DNA of 28,766 bases, taken from assembly GCA_044352465.1 (NCBI GenBank), contig JBILDU010000034.1, positions 1 to 28,766 on the forward strand. Direction: 5' to 3'. Shown in pieces: positions 9,054 to 18,770 of this stretch. Source of the DNA: Bdellovibrionota bacterium. GTDB lineage: Bacteria > Bdellovibrionota_C > UBA2361. The notes below the pieces were generated by a model. It made no database searches. It was not told where the DNA came from and worked only from the letters and a program-made list of their open reading frames with translations. The stretch's first letter is position 1. Each line of letters begins with the position of its first letter. A program made the position numbers and the translations under genes.

Positions 9054-10814
9054 TTAGCGGCTGTGAGCTGGGGGAACGCCGACCGCGAACGCGGCGTTGA
9101 TAAGTCCAACGTGCGAATAAGCTTGCGGGAAATTCCCCGATTGCTTGTAGCCTCGAGGTTCGATGTGCTCGGCGATAAGTCCGAGATGGTTGGCGCACCG
9201 ATCCATTTCGAGAAGCATACGGTGCGCTTCCTCTTGGTGCCCTAATCGAGCCAGCGCCTCGATAAGCCAATATGAGCAGATAACGAACGAACCCTGGGGA
9301 ATGCCGAAGTCATCGGCCCGGCGATATCGGTAGATATGGGGGGATTGAGGGTCTTCTCGGTTCACCGCGAGTGCCCGGTGGATGGCGCGGACGGTACTTT
9401 CGTTCAGCGCGCGATCAGGGTAGTGAAAGATCGGCAGCAAAAGAAGCGCCGCATCGAAACTCGGATCGTGCGGGCCGTTTCGAACTGTACCATCCACGAT
9501 TGCGGCGGAGATAACTTCGGTCGCCCGCTGCATCGCTCCTCTGATATCGTAGCGTACCTCGGTGAGGGAGCCCTGTTGTTGCGCTTCGGCTACACCGCGG
9601 AGTCCAGCCCAACTTGCCAACGCACTGAACGAGTGCACCTGCTGCATAGAGCGGAACTCCCACAGCCCAGCATCCTTGGCCCCGATCGCCTCTGCTGCTT
9701 TTCGGGAGAGAAACTCAACGAGGTCGATGAGCGTCGCCGAGCGAAATTCCCCATACCTCTCCGCGGAAAATATCGGTCCGAGCGAGAGGAGCATCTCCCC
9801 GTAGACGTCGTTTTGAACGTGCTCCCCGGCCTGATTATTTGAACGTACCGGTCGCGAGTCTCGAAAACCGCGCCACCCCAGATGCACCTCCTCTGGTAAG
9901 GGGAGGGTGTGGTTGGCTCGATAGACCGGATGCAGTTCTTTCGAGTCGGTAGCGATCTCGAGCAGAAAGCGAAGAAATTGACGTATCTCTTCGGTCTGTC
10001 CGAGTCGATCAAACGCCGCCAACACAAAAGCCGCATCGCGGAGCCAGCAAAATCGGTAATCCCAATTTCGTTCCCCCCCGAATATCTCGGGGAGGCTCGT
10101 CGTGGGTGCGGCCAGGATCGCACCGCTCTCTTCGATACAGTTCAATTTCAGGGCAAGTGCGGATCGAATCGCTTGAGTGGCATGCACTGCTGGTAGTTGC
10201 AGGTGCTGTACCCAGGCGTGCCATCCGAGTGAGGTGGCGCGGAGCGCCTCTTCGACATACTGCGCCACGTCGCCGATCTGCTCGCTCCCGTGCCCCAAAA
10301 CGAAGTACTCGGTTTGGGTGAGTGGATGCACCGCTTCACTCACCACCTCTTCGGGCGAGATCGTCGTTGTGAGCGCTGCCTCGCCGCCTCCGAATTCGTA
10401 GTGAATTGCGTGTGCACCGATGTACGGCCGAAGATACTCGCGCTCCCAACCAGCAACCGGTTTACACACAACACTCACCAGCGGAGCTCCCCGAATCGGC
10501 TCGAGACGGCGGCAAATCTGGCGTGGCCGGTAAGTTCTTCCGTCCTTGGCGAAGCGGGGAGAGAAGTCGGTGATCCGAAACGCCCCCTGAGCACTCTCTA
10601 CTTCGGTTTCAAGGATGTTCGTGTATTCGATGTAGCGCTGGCGGGTCACTGTAGGTTCGGAGGTGCCTAACGCAAAGTGGCCGCCGGCGGGATCAAGGAG
10701 ACGGCCGAAAAGTGGGGGGCTATCGGGGTTCGGAAAACACAGCCAGTCGAGACTGCCCGATATGTTGATGAGTGCAACGACCGAGCAGTTTCCGATGACG
10801 CCGTAGGGATACAT
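9054..10814 (-). CDS. Glycoside hydrolase family 15 (trehalase/glucoamylase-like)
   Basis: GVIGNC, DWLCFP, AAPTTSLPE, RNWDYRFCWLRDA, QNDVYGE, catalytic GLWEFR, GLIAEHI, GNFPQAYSHVGLI. Confidence 0.94.
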   Translation of the reverse strand: MYPYGVIGNCSVVALINISGSLDWLCFPNPDSPPLFGRLLDPAGGHFALGTSEPTVTRQRYIEYTNILETEVESAQGAFRITDFSPRFAKDGRTYRPRQICRRLEPIRGAPLVSVVCKPVAGWEREYLRPYIGAHAIHYEFGGGEAALTTTISPEEVVSEAVHPLTQTEYFVLGHGSEQIGDVAQYVEEALRATSLGWHAWVQHLQLPAVHATQAIRSALALKLNCIEESGAILAAPTTSLPEIFGGERNWDYRFCWLRDAAFVLAAFDRLGQTEEIRQFLRFLLEIATDSKELHPVYRANHTLPLPEEVHLGWRGFRDSRPVRSNNQAGEHVQNDVYGEMLLSLGPIFSAERYGEFRSATLIDLVEFLSRKAAEAIGAKDAGLWEFRSMQQVHSFSALASWAGLRGVAEAQQQGSLTEVRYDIRGAMQRATEVISAAIVDGTVRNGPHDPSFDAALLLLPIFHYPDRALNESTVRAIHRALAVNREDPQSPHIYRYRRADDFGIPQGSFVICSYWLIEALARLGHQEEAHRMLLEMDRCANHLGLIAEHIEPRGYKQSGNFPQAYSHVGLINAAFAVGVPPAHSR

Positions 10815-10869
10815 GAAGAAACACTATCACGGCGGGTGAGTGCACGATGTGCGCCCTATCATCGCGAGA

Positions 10870-13035
10870 CTATTTTAGGATCGTCACATCAACGGTGCCG
10901 ATCCGATTCGTGACATGGGTGCTCACATCGTTGGCGATCCGGGAGAACATCAGGTCGAGCGAGCCCCGACCGACTTTCAGGCCGCGAACCGCCACCTCAT
11001 TAAGGAAGTGGGGGAGGAGTGGGCGATCAATAACGACGAGATTCCGTTCGGCGCACACGGTGATGCCGAGAGCGGCTTTAAGGAGCCCCAGCACCGTCGT
11101 CGCCGCCCAAGCTTGAGGGGAACAAGCCACGGGGTGCAGTGTGATCCCTTGCTCGGGGCGACGCTTGAAACCGCAGAAGAGCTCGGGCATCCGCGACAGA
11201 TGCACCGCATCAGCGACATCCATGAATGCGTGCAGGAGGTCTATCGCGCGTTCTTTCGAGCCATAGGCGGGAAGGCCGAGGGCGATGAGGGCGTTGTCGT
11301 GCGGCCAGACCGAGCCGTTATGGTAGGCCATCGGGTTATAGAGCCGTTCGCTGGAGGCTACGGTACGGATGCCCCAGCCGGAAAAAAGATCATCCTCAAA
11401 GAGGGTCGCCGCAACCCGGGCCCCACGGGTGGGCTCGGCGATCGCAGTAAAAAGGGTGTGCCCGGCATTCGATGTGCGGACCGCGCATGGCCGCTTAGCG
11501 CCGTCGAGCGCAAGGGCGTAGGTCCCGATCTCCTCGCACCAAAAAGCGGCATTGAAGCGGCGCTTCAGGTCCTCCGCTGCGGTACGAAGTTGCGTGGCGC
11601 GTTCGTGATGCCCTAGCCTCTCCGCGAGGGTCGCGACCCCTATTTTCGCGGCGTAGACATATCCCTGAACCTCACACAATGCGATCGGAGGGAGGGCAAT
11701 GTGTCCGTTCGCGTGAAAGACCGAGTCGTGCGAGTCCTTCCAGCCTTGCTGAATGAGTCCACTCGGATTGTGCGAGGTGTACTCGTAGAATCCATCGCCA
11801 TCCGGATCGCCGTAGCGATCGATCCACTCCAACGCACGCTCGATGTTCGGCCACAATCCCTCGATCAGGGGTTGGTCGCCGGTGTGTTCAAAATATGCCG
11901 CAGCGAGCATGAGAAAGAGCGGGGTCGAGTCGATACTGCCGTAGTACCGTCCAAACGGGATCTCGTTCGTCGCAGCGAGTTCACCGTTACGCACCTCATG
12001 GAGGATCTTCCCCGGCTCTTCCTCACGGGTCGGATCGAGCGCCGTGCCTTGATGTGCAGCAAGGTAGCGCAAAACACCCCGTGCGAGCGACGGTGTGACC
12101 CATAACGCCATAAGTGCAGCGATAATCCCGTCGCGACCGAACGGTGCGCTGAACCACGGTATGCCCGCGAACGGAAAGGGGCCGTGGGGTGTCTCAACGG
12201 TAAGCATCCGCAGATCTTCGAGTGACTGGGCGAGCCATCGGTTAAAAGGCGTATCAGAGGTCTCAATTTCACATTCGGCGGCGCGAAATCGACGCACACA
12301 CTGGGGTGATTCAGAGAAGGCCTGTTCGTACGGAAGGAGCCTACCCGAGGATGTCCCGTCGAGGCATGCGGTTGAGATGAAGAGTGTTTGTGAGGCTTGA
12401 GGTGCGAGAACCAGCGAAAAGTCCAGGTGGTGGGAGGTGATCTCCGTTGGTTCGATCGAGGCAGTGATCTGTAGATGACGCAGGACTCCGTCGAGCCCCT
12501 CGTAGGGCAGGCGGATACCGCGGGGGACTACAACGTCAGCGAGGCGCATGCCTCTGCGCTCGCGCCGAAATCCCCGCACCTCGAAGATGTCAGCGAAATC
12601 GACACCGAATTTTATGATCAGATGAATTGCCGCGGGTGTGGTACCGAAGTTTGAGAGGGTGAGACGCTCGTAACACACCCCGTTCCAAAGAAATTTCGCC
12701 CGCAGGGTGTGCACCGTGCCGTGTCGCACGCGCGAGCCATTGGGTGCTTCCAGGTCTGGATTCGTTAGGTCGACCGAGAGGAGGCAGTTGTCATTGGTGA
12801 CGAGCGAATTGAGGAGGAGGGGGCGTTGATGGTTGAGAAGAAGCTCCCATTGAGAGAGATACCGGGTGCCGGTATGGAAGAGTCCCTGCTCCTTCAGTCC
12901 CAGCGGCTGAATATCGCCCCGTCGATCAAAGACGGCGAAGGTGTCGCCGTCTTTGAGAATAGCGCGACGATCATCGACGATTACCGATGTAGCCAGAACG
13001 TATACGCGATCCTCGAGATTAACGACCTCGCTCAT
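10870..13035 (-). CDS. Amylo-alpha-1,6-glucosidase family protein (bacterial GDE-type N-terminal domain plus (alpha/alpha)6 barrel)
   Basis: LKDGDTFAVFD, DFADIFEVRG, AGIPWFSAPFGRD, EEPGKILHE, YYGSIDSTPLF, QGWKDS, YHNGSVWPHDN, ACSPQAW. Confidence 0.94.
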   Translation of the reverse strand: MSEVVNLEDRVYVLATSVIVDDRRAILKDGDTFAVFDRRGDIQPLGLKEQGLFHTGTRYLSQWELLLNHQRPLLLNSLVTNDNCLLSVDLTNPDLEAPNGSRVRHGTVHTLRAKFLWNGVCYERLTLSNFGTTPAAIHLIIKFGVDFADIFEVRGFRRERRGMRLADVVVPRGIRLPYEGLDGVLRHLQITASIEPTEITSHHLDFSLVLAPQASQTLFISTACLDGTSSGRLLPYEQAFSESPQCVRRFRAAECEIETSDTPFNRWLAQSLEDLRMLTVETPHGPFPFAGIPWFSAPFGRDGIIAALMALWVTPSLARGVLRYLAAHQGTALDPTREEEPGKILHEVRNGELAATNEIPFGRYYGSIDSTPLFLMLAAAYFEHTGDQPLIEGLWPNIERALEWIDRYGDPDGDGFYEYTSHNPSGLIQQGWKDSHDSVFHANGHIALPPIALCEVQGYVYAAKIGVATLAERLGHHERATQLRTAAEDLKRRFNAAFWCEEIGTYALALDGAKRPCAVRTSNAGHTLFTAIAEPTRGARVAATLFEDDLFSGWGIRTVASSERLYNPMAYHNGSVWPHDNALIALGLPAYGSKERAIDLLHAFMDVADAVHLSRMPELFCGFKRRPEQGITLHPVACSPQAWAATTVLGLLKAALGITVCAERNLVVIDRPLLPHFLNEVAVRGLKVGRGSLDLMFSRIANDVSTHVTNRIGTVDVTILK

Positions 13036-14090
13036 CGGGCGATGATCCTCTTTGGAGCAGAGGCGTGAGAGTCGACGAGCTCGCTGTAGATGGTCAGATA
13101 GTCGTCCGCCATACGGGTCGCACTGAAGCGGCGTTCAAAGTACTGTCGGCACGTTCGGCGCTCAATCGCGCCGAGTTTGCTGAGCGCGGTGCACGCCTCC
13201 GCCACGTTGCTGACGATGAATCCGGTGGTCCCGTCAGCGAGCACCTCAGGCACCGAGCCCCCTGGATAAGCGATGACGGGGGTACCGCAGGCGAGCGCCT
13301 CGATCATGACGAGCCCGAAGGGCTCAGGCCAGTTGATCGGGAAGAGCAAGGCTCGGGCGTTGCCGAGGAACTCCTCCTTCTGGTCCTCCCCGATTTCGCC
13401 GATAAACTCGATCAGCGGATGCTTGAGGAGCGGGGCGACCTCAGTGCGGAAATAGACGTGGTCATCGTCCCCGATCTTCGCGGCGATTCGGAGGGGCATC
13501 CCTGCCGCAATGGCGATGGCGATCGCCTCCTCGATACCTTTCTCTGGGGAGATGCGTCCGAGGAAAGCGAGATAGCTTCCCGGAGCCTCACGAAAACGGA
13601 GAAGATCGAGGGGTAGTCCGTGGTAGACGGTGGGGTACCAGTTTGCATGGGGAATCGTGCGACGCTGGGCCTCTGATATAGCGACGAGCGGAGCGTCGCT
13701 AAACTCCCGGCACAAGAGGCTTAATGCACCGAAATCAAGTCGGCCGTGTAGAGTCGTGAGTGAGGGGGTTGAACACCTTCGGGCCAGGGGCAGATGGAGG
13801 GTATCGACATGAAAATGGATAATGTCGAAGTCTTTGGCTCGGCGCATGATGTTCTCAAACATCGTAATGAGATACGGATTTCGCTCAGGAAAGGAGTTAC
13901 TCAGTCGAAGCGATGCCGGAGCACCGGGGATGAGCTTCGCGTTGGTGATTGAGTCGCCGCTTGCAAAGAGAGTTACCTCATGACCGAGGCGGACGAGCTC
14001 CTCAGTAAGATACGAGACAACCCGTTCGGTTCCACCGTAGGTCTTTGGGGGGACGCTCTCATCAAGGGGGGATACTTGGGCGATACGCAT
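13032..14090 (-). CDS. Glycosyltransferase family 4 protein
   Basis: MRIAQVSPL..VPPKTYGGTERVV, GRISPEKG, WPEPFGLVMIEALACGTPV; start moved to ATG 14090; ATGA overlap with the glucosidase gene. Confidence 0.93.
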   Translation of the reverse strand: MRIAQVSPLDESVPPKTYGGTERVVSYLTEELVRLGHEVTLFASGDSITNAKLIPGAPASLRLSNSFPERNPYLITMFENIMRRAKDFDIIHFHVDTLHLPLARRCSTPSLTTLHGRLDFGALSLLCREFSDAPLVAISEAQRRTIPHANWYPTVYHGLPLDLLRFREAPGSYLAFLGRISPEKGIEEAIAIAIAAGMPLRIAAKIGDDDHVYFRTEVAPLLKHPLIEFIGEIGEDQKEEFLGNARALLFPINWPEPFGLVMIEALACGTPVIAYPGGSVPEVLADGTTGFIVSNVAEACTALSKLGAIERRTCRQYFERRFSATRMADDYLTIYSELVDSHASAPKRIIAR

Positions 14091-14186
14091 AGATTTTCCG
14101 CTCCTCCGTCGGGCGAAGGAACGTAACACCACCTCGCTTCCGGAGCGTAGGAGGGGGAACAGGTCGGCTTGCCGGTGTGAGCGGAG

Positions 14187-16226
14187 TTACTGCCGATTCG
14201 AGCGCGAAACCATTCGATAGGTGGTAGGAGCCCCGCTCAATACTCGACTGAAGCGAGAGGGGAGCGGCTCAATGATCCGATTATCGGTGGGGTCGTCAAA
14301 GCGATTCCCGGTATCCTCCCAAGCGCGTTTCGACTCCGGGCTGAGGGCGTTGATAGCTACCTCCGTCGCGGTGCAGTCGCGGCAGAGAAGATGTGCCCTA
14401 CTGAGGTTGAGTCTTGCCAAACTTGCCCCGGTAAGCTCGAGAGTTACGGCGCTTGCGGCGTCAGCGCTGATATCCGAGACGATAGTCTCCTTGGCGCTCT
14501 CGAGTGGATTTGAGATTCGGAGCGTGCATCCCCGAAATACAGAGTTCGTGAGCGATCCTCCTGAGGTGAGGCGAATATGGAGATCCTCGAGCCCCGCGAC
14601 CCGTAGATTGGCGATTTTCTCAACGGCAAAGACCGATTGGTTGGAGATGGTATAGTCGTGTCGCTCCCGCTCAACGTGAAGGAGGAGCTCCAGCGCTTGC
14701 TTGCCCGCTGCGGAATTGAGGTCGCCCCGGGATTCTTTCAAGAGATCGCGCACTGCGCCGACTGCTCGTAGCGCTTCGACAGTTGAGTCCGCCGAAAGGA
14801 CGAGGGATGGGGTCTCAGCGAACTCTTTCCCCGTATAACCCTTGCGGTTGAGTTTCACCACCGCTCGGCCGCATTCTATCTCGAGTTCGAGGGTGTTAAT
14901 CCGATATGGATCCGCCCCTTCTGAGCCGAACGTCATCGGTTCAAACGTGAATCTTTGAGCGAGTGTGCGTTCGACCGCGTCAAGAACCTCCCGTGGGGAA
15001 TTAAATATCCTTCGTGCGGAGTCGGTTGGATCGAGGAGTCCCGTCACGCTTCGGAGCGGTGCGGCCTCAACGAGGGGCTCGCCTCCAAGCTCGTGGAGTC
15101 GCGAGACGATCCACCGGGTCGAATCCGCGCTGGGGGGGGTCGTTGCGAATGCTTTCATGTCGCGCATAAGCGCGACGATCGTTCGGCGAAACTCCCCCTC
15201 CTCGCCGGGTTGAGGCTTGAGCTCGAATCGATACGATGCTCCATCTCCGAACGGTGATTGCAGAGTCAGCTGGCATGCTTCGCTCCCCGCTACTGCTCCC
15301 CATGCGTAATCGAAGCGAGCGCGTAAGCCTGAACGAAGTACGATGTCATGCGGGCGCAGAAGGTCCGGCAAGTTGGGGGGAGCGTCGGCGCGCAAAACCG
15401 ACGAGCGGGAGAGCTCCCGCACCTCGTAGGCAAGGTGATCCTTGGCGTCGACCAGTGCTCGCAAGATCTCCGGGTTGCCCATCTCCCTCGCAAGAAGGAT
15501 TTTTTGGCCGGGTGCTATATCGAACTGCTTGTCCTGCTGCAGTCGGGTGAGGGCTTCGTTGAGCGCGGCTAAGCTTGGATTTCCGGTAAGGGGTTGGTCC
15601 TCCAGCGGTGTGACGCAGGGTCGAACGAAGTGGGCTTTAAAATAATCGACGATGAGAGCCCGGGTCTCTTGGAGGAGCCCGACCTGTTTTTGGAGAACGA
15701 GATCGAGATCCTTTGCAACACGATGCTCGATCGCTAAAAGCCCCGAGCGCACGTAGTCGTGCTCCTGGTTTTCGAGAACGGTCTTCGTCAGGCTCGGCGA
15801 CTCGCGATGAAGGGCCCTCTCAAGTTCCCTGGCTTGGACTACCAGCGGTGCAAACTCTGTGGTGACACGAGCTCGCTCGTCCGACGGAAGGAGATCCAGA
15901 ACTTCGGAAGGTAGACCGTGAATTATCTCTGATGCGTGGTTACACGCTGCTGCATGCTGGGTTTTGAAGTTCGTGATGCTGCGGAGATCTTTGGCCTCGT
16001 CCAGGAACGATTTGATCGCATCAAGCCCCCCGAGCGCACGGTCGACCGCTGTGCTCAGTTGCTCTCCAAAGCCAGCCGCACTCCCCTGGGCGACCGCGGC
16101 GCTGAGCGAGGCGAGGTTCAGCCGCGCTGCCGCAAGATGGGGCGGCGTCGTGGTGTGAGGAGTGTTACTTTCTTGCTCTTCTCGTGGGGTGTGTACCGAT
16201 ATTTGTCTCGATGGTGTTGTCTCCAT
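14187..16226 (-). CDS. Hypothetical protein (about 679 aa), no recognisable family
   Basis: Long ORF filling the gap; ATG at 16226 preceded by AGGA; helical-looking N-terminal half, beta-strand-like C-terminal part. Confidence 0.75.
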   Translation of the reverse strand: METTPSRQISVHTPREEQESNTPHTTTPPHLAAARLNLASLSAAVAQGSAAGFGEQLSTAVDRALGGLDAIKSFLDEAKDLRSITNFKTQHAAACNHASEIIHGLPSEVLDLLPSDERARVTTEFAPLVVQARELERALHRESPSLTKTVLENQEHDYVRSGLLAIEHRVAKDLDLVLQKQVGLLQETRALIVDYFKAHFVRPCVTPLEDQPLTGNPSLAALNEALTRLQQDKQFDIAPGQKILLAREMGNPEILRALVDAKDHLAYEVRELSRSSVLRADAPPNLPDLLRPHDIVLRSGLRARFDYAWGAVAGSEACQLTLQSPFGDGASYRFELKPQPGEEGEFRRTIVALMRDMKAFATTPPSADSTRWIVSRLHELGGEPLVEAAPLRSVTGLLDPTDSARRIFNSPREVLDAVERTLAQRFTFEPMTFGSEGADPYRINTLELEIECGRAVVKLNRKGYTGKEFAETPSLVLSADSTVEALRAVGAVRDLLKESRGDLNSAAGKQALELLLHVERERHDYTISNQSVFAVEKIANLRVAGLEDLHIRLTSGGSLTNSVFRGCTLRISNPLESAKETIVSDISADAASAVTLELTGASLARLNLSRAHLLCRDCTATEVAINALSPESKRAWEDTGNRFDDPTDNRIIEPLPSRFSRVLSGAPTTYRMVSRSNRQ

Positions 16227-16413
16227 ACTTCCTAATCCCCCCACACTGAGTACAGTTCGACTCGCAAAGGTTATGGGAGTATTTTGAGGTAAAGACTCAT
16301 TGGAGCACTTGGTGGTGGAGGTCTGGTGCCAGAGTGGCGGGTGCAGCCTGCGGCTAAATATTTGAATCTATATGGTTTTGTGCCTTTTCGTTCGATGGCC
16401 GCCTAATTGACGC

Positions 16414-16434
16414 AGCGCACTATCTTAGTGCGCT
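16414..16434. promoter_or_regulatory. Perfect palindrome (candidate operator or hairpin) in a divergent intergenic region
   Basis: AGCGCACTA-TCT-TAGTGCGCT right after a TTGACG hexamer (16407-16412) and 21 nt before ATG 16456. Confidence 0.5.
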
Positions 16435-16455
16435 ATTTTCGCTATCCTTTTGCCT

Positions 16456-17463
16456 ATGTTTACGAATCTTGCTCAGGACCTCGCCCGTTTCGCGACCAAG
16501 TTGGAGCGGGGGGAATCTGTTGATACGGGTCGGCTCATTACCATGGTCCGGACCGTGACCCTTGAGGCTTACGGGGTCGCTCCGGTACTTGAGAGACTTA
16601 TCAAAGTTGATGATCAGTCGGTGCAACTCGAGTCAGCGCTCGCCCTTGGAAAGCTTCGCGGCGCGGCGGCGGAACAGGTACCAGCCCTGGTGACTCTGAC
16701 AGGGCATGCAGAGCCATACGTCGCTGGAGCGGCTTTTTGGGCGCTCGGGCGGGTGGGAACGCCTGCGGCGATCGATGCGCTCATCGAGGCATTAAAGCCC
16801 GGCCAGCGCGACAACCTCACCTTCGTTGCTGGCGGTCTTGGAGAGGCGGGGGCGCGCGGGGCTCCAGCGCTTGAGACCATAAAGCGAACAATTCGGGATA
16901 AAACACTGTCGGAGAGCGATCGCGGTTCTTTACGTGATGCGATGGCGAAGATCTACACCGGGATGCGGTCAGAGCATCAAACGGCGACACTCGATGTGGG
17001 CTTCTCCGATTTTGTGCCGCTGGAACATCTTGCGGGGCAGATTTCTCTCGATGAATTCTTCGCTCCGTACGCTGTGGTTATTGATGTGATGAGCGAGGGC
17101 CTGATTCACGAGGGGCGGTTTCGCTTTACATTTAATTCAATCAATAGTGAGCTCGGTGTTCGGATCTACGGCAATGCTGCTGGCAGGAGCGTGGTGGTAA
17201 TCGAAGCCGATGACCGTTGGTACGGTGCGTACCCCACGAACGCTTTCGAATCGATTGCGACGGCGGTGACGCATATCTATGGTCTCGATCCAGCCGCGAC
17301 TGTCTGGATCGAGCATTACGCTCCCTCGGCGGGTATCAGGACACAGACCTGTCGTGAGGTCTGCATGCGCTTCAATGACAAAGCGGGTGTATTCGAGGAG
17401 CCGCGCTGGCAACCGTCAGCGACCCTTCCGGCACTCCTACGCCCTTACGCGCTTGAGCCGTGA
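16456..17463 (+). CDS. HEAT/PBS-lyase-like repeat protein with an uncharacterised C-terminal domain
   Basis: Repeated helical units SALALGKLRG, AFWALGRVGTPAAIDALIEAL, VAGGLGEAGARGAPAL; distinct C-terminal domain with TNAFESIAT..GLDPAATVWIEHY..PRW. Confidence 0.75.
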   Translation: MFTNLAQDLARFATKLERGESVDTGRLITMVRTVTLEAYGVAPVLERLIKVDDQSVQLESALALGKLRGAAAEQVPALVTLTGHAEPYVAGAAFWALGRVGTPAAIDALIEALKPGQRDNLTFVAGGLGEAGARGAPALETIKRTIRDKTLSESDRGSLRDAMAKIYTGMRSEHQTATLDVGFSDFVPLEHLAGQISLDEFFAPYAVVIDVMSEGLIHEGRFRFTFNSINSELGVRIYGNAAGRSVVVIEADDRWYGAYPTNAFESIATAVTHIYGLDPAATVWIEHYAPSAGIRTQTCREVCMRFNDKAGVFEEPRWQPSATLPALLRPYALEP

Positions 17464-17490
17464 CCGGGGGAAAGGGGTGTCATGCAAAGA

Positions 17491-17892
17491 CTATGGGTGT
17501 GGTGAGCTTGGAATTCCCGCATCGAAAAGCTGTTTAAAATCCTCGGGCAGCTGGGCATAGAGGTCCGCGAGCTCGCCGGGTTGCAGACCCTCTTTCACCA
17601 TTTCGAGCACCGCCCGGGTCGAGGCGACGATCTCTCCGACTTCGCGACCTTGCCGGAAGGCTACCCGTTCAAAAAACTTTTTGAGTGAGAGCTTCTGACC
17701 AGCTTTTTCGGGGGCGCACTCGAGGTATTCGTGCAATTCGTGGGGGAGCTGCGCGGCGATGTGGAGCGCCTCACCGCCTTTGATGCGCTCGGCGAGCGTC
17801 TCAAGAGTTGCCTGAATCGCCTGGCGCGCTTCCTCTTTGGATTCGAGGCGAGCGAGAGTCTGTACTTTTTTAATAAATTCAGCGTAGTTCAT
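17491..17892 (-). CDS. DUF2267 domain-containing protein
   Basis: EFIKKVQ..EEARQAIQATLETLAERI..EALHIAAQLP and a second AQLPED half-repeat. Confidence 0.88.
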   Translation of the reverse strand: MNYAEFIKKVQTLARLESKEEARQAIQATLETLAERIKGGEALHIAAQLPHELHEYLECAPEKAGQKLSLKKFFERVAFRQGREVGEIVASTRAVLEMVKEGLQPGELADLYAQLPEDFKQLFDAGIPSSPHP

Positions 17893-18028
17893 AGCAGCAT
17901 GTCGAATCTTTCAATCTGGGAAAGATATAACTCCTCTCGTCCAAAAACGATGTGATGCTCGATAGGTAGGTGTGCCCTTGAATATCGAGTCGAGGCCGCT
18001 TACACTTCGCCGTATTCGGAGAGAGAAG

Positions 18029-18769
18029 ATGAAAGGAGTGTTTTTACATCAGCAGATGCAGTTTCAGCTCGAGGTGAAAGTCGAGACTGCAGTGCAGGGC
18101 GATACGCTCCCGTGTCTCCTCACGGTTAGGAATCTTGGTGGTGCCCCGCAGAGCCTCGTGGGTGCGAGCCTCGACCTGTGTGTTGGAGATGTGAAGAAAT
18201 TAAAGGAGACCCCCGACGGTTACGAGGTTGTCGCGACGGCATCTCTTGGGCTCCCGGAGAGCCTGGGGGCGCAACAGAGTGCAGTGGGCAGTTATGCCTT
18301 TGTGCTCGATAAGAATTGCGTTGTAACTGAGAAGTCAAAGGGGTTGTTCTGTCGCTACGGGATCTCACCTGCTCAAACGGGCGAACTTCCGCTCACCGTA
18401 CTGCCTCATCCGCATATACAGAAAGTTGTTGAGATCCTTGAGTCGGCGTTTCAGTTTCTCGCCAAGGGTACGAAGTCATCAAAAGGATGGGTCGACGTAA
18501 AGTTCAAGCCCTCTTCATCGCGGCGATTCTCGTTCGTGAATGAATTGGTTCTCGGTGCGCGCTTTGAGGCGAGCGAGCTTGTGCTCAACTTCAAATTTAA
18601 CGTGAAGAAGTTTGAAAGCTCGCAGGCCAACGTCTCGGTCTCCCGAGGGAAGACCGAAGTGGAGCGCCGGCTCGACGAAAAGAGTTATATTGTCGGTGGC
18701 TTTATCGATCACGGGAAAGTTGAGGCGGTTATAGCCGATGCCCTTGAAGTCGTCGCGAGTGGGTTTTGA
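18029..18769 (+). CDS. Hypothetical protein, possibly Spo0M-like (arrestin clan)
   Basis: 246 aa from ATG 18029; beta-rich N-domain, then VLPHPHIQKVVEILE..F.F..KFKP..ELVL resembling the Spo0M domain junction; ORF solid, family call tentative. Confidence 0.6.
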   Translation: MKGVFLHQQMQFQLEVKVETAVQGDTLPCLLTVRNLGGAPQSLVGASLDLCVGDVKKLKETPDGYEVVATASLGLPESLGAQQSAVGSYAFVLDKNCVVTEKSKGLFCRYGISPAQTGELPLTVLPHPHIQKVVEILESAFQFLAKGTKSSKGWVDVKFKPSSSRRFSFVNELVLGARFEASELVLNFKFNVKKFESSQANVSVSRGKTEVERRLDEKSYIVGGFIDHGKVEAVIADALEVVASGF

Positions 18770-18770
18770 A

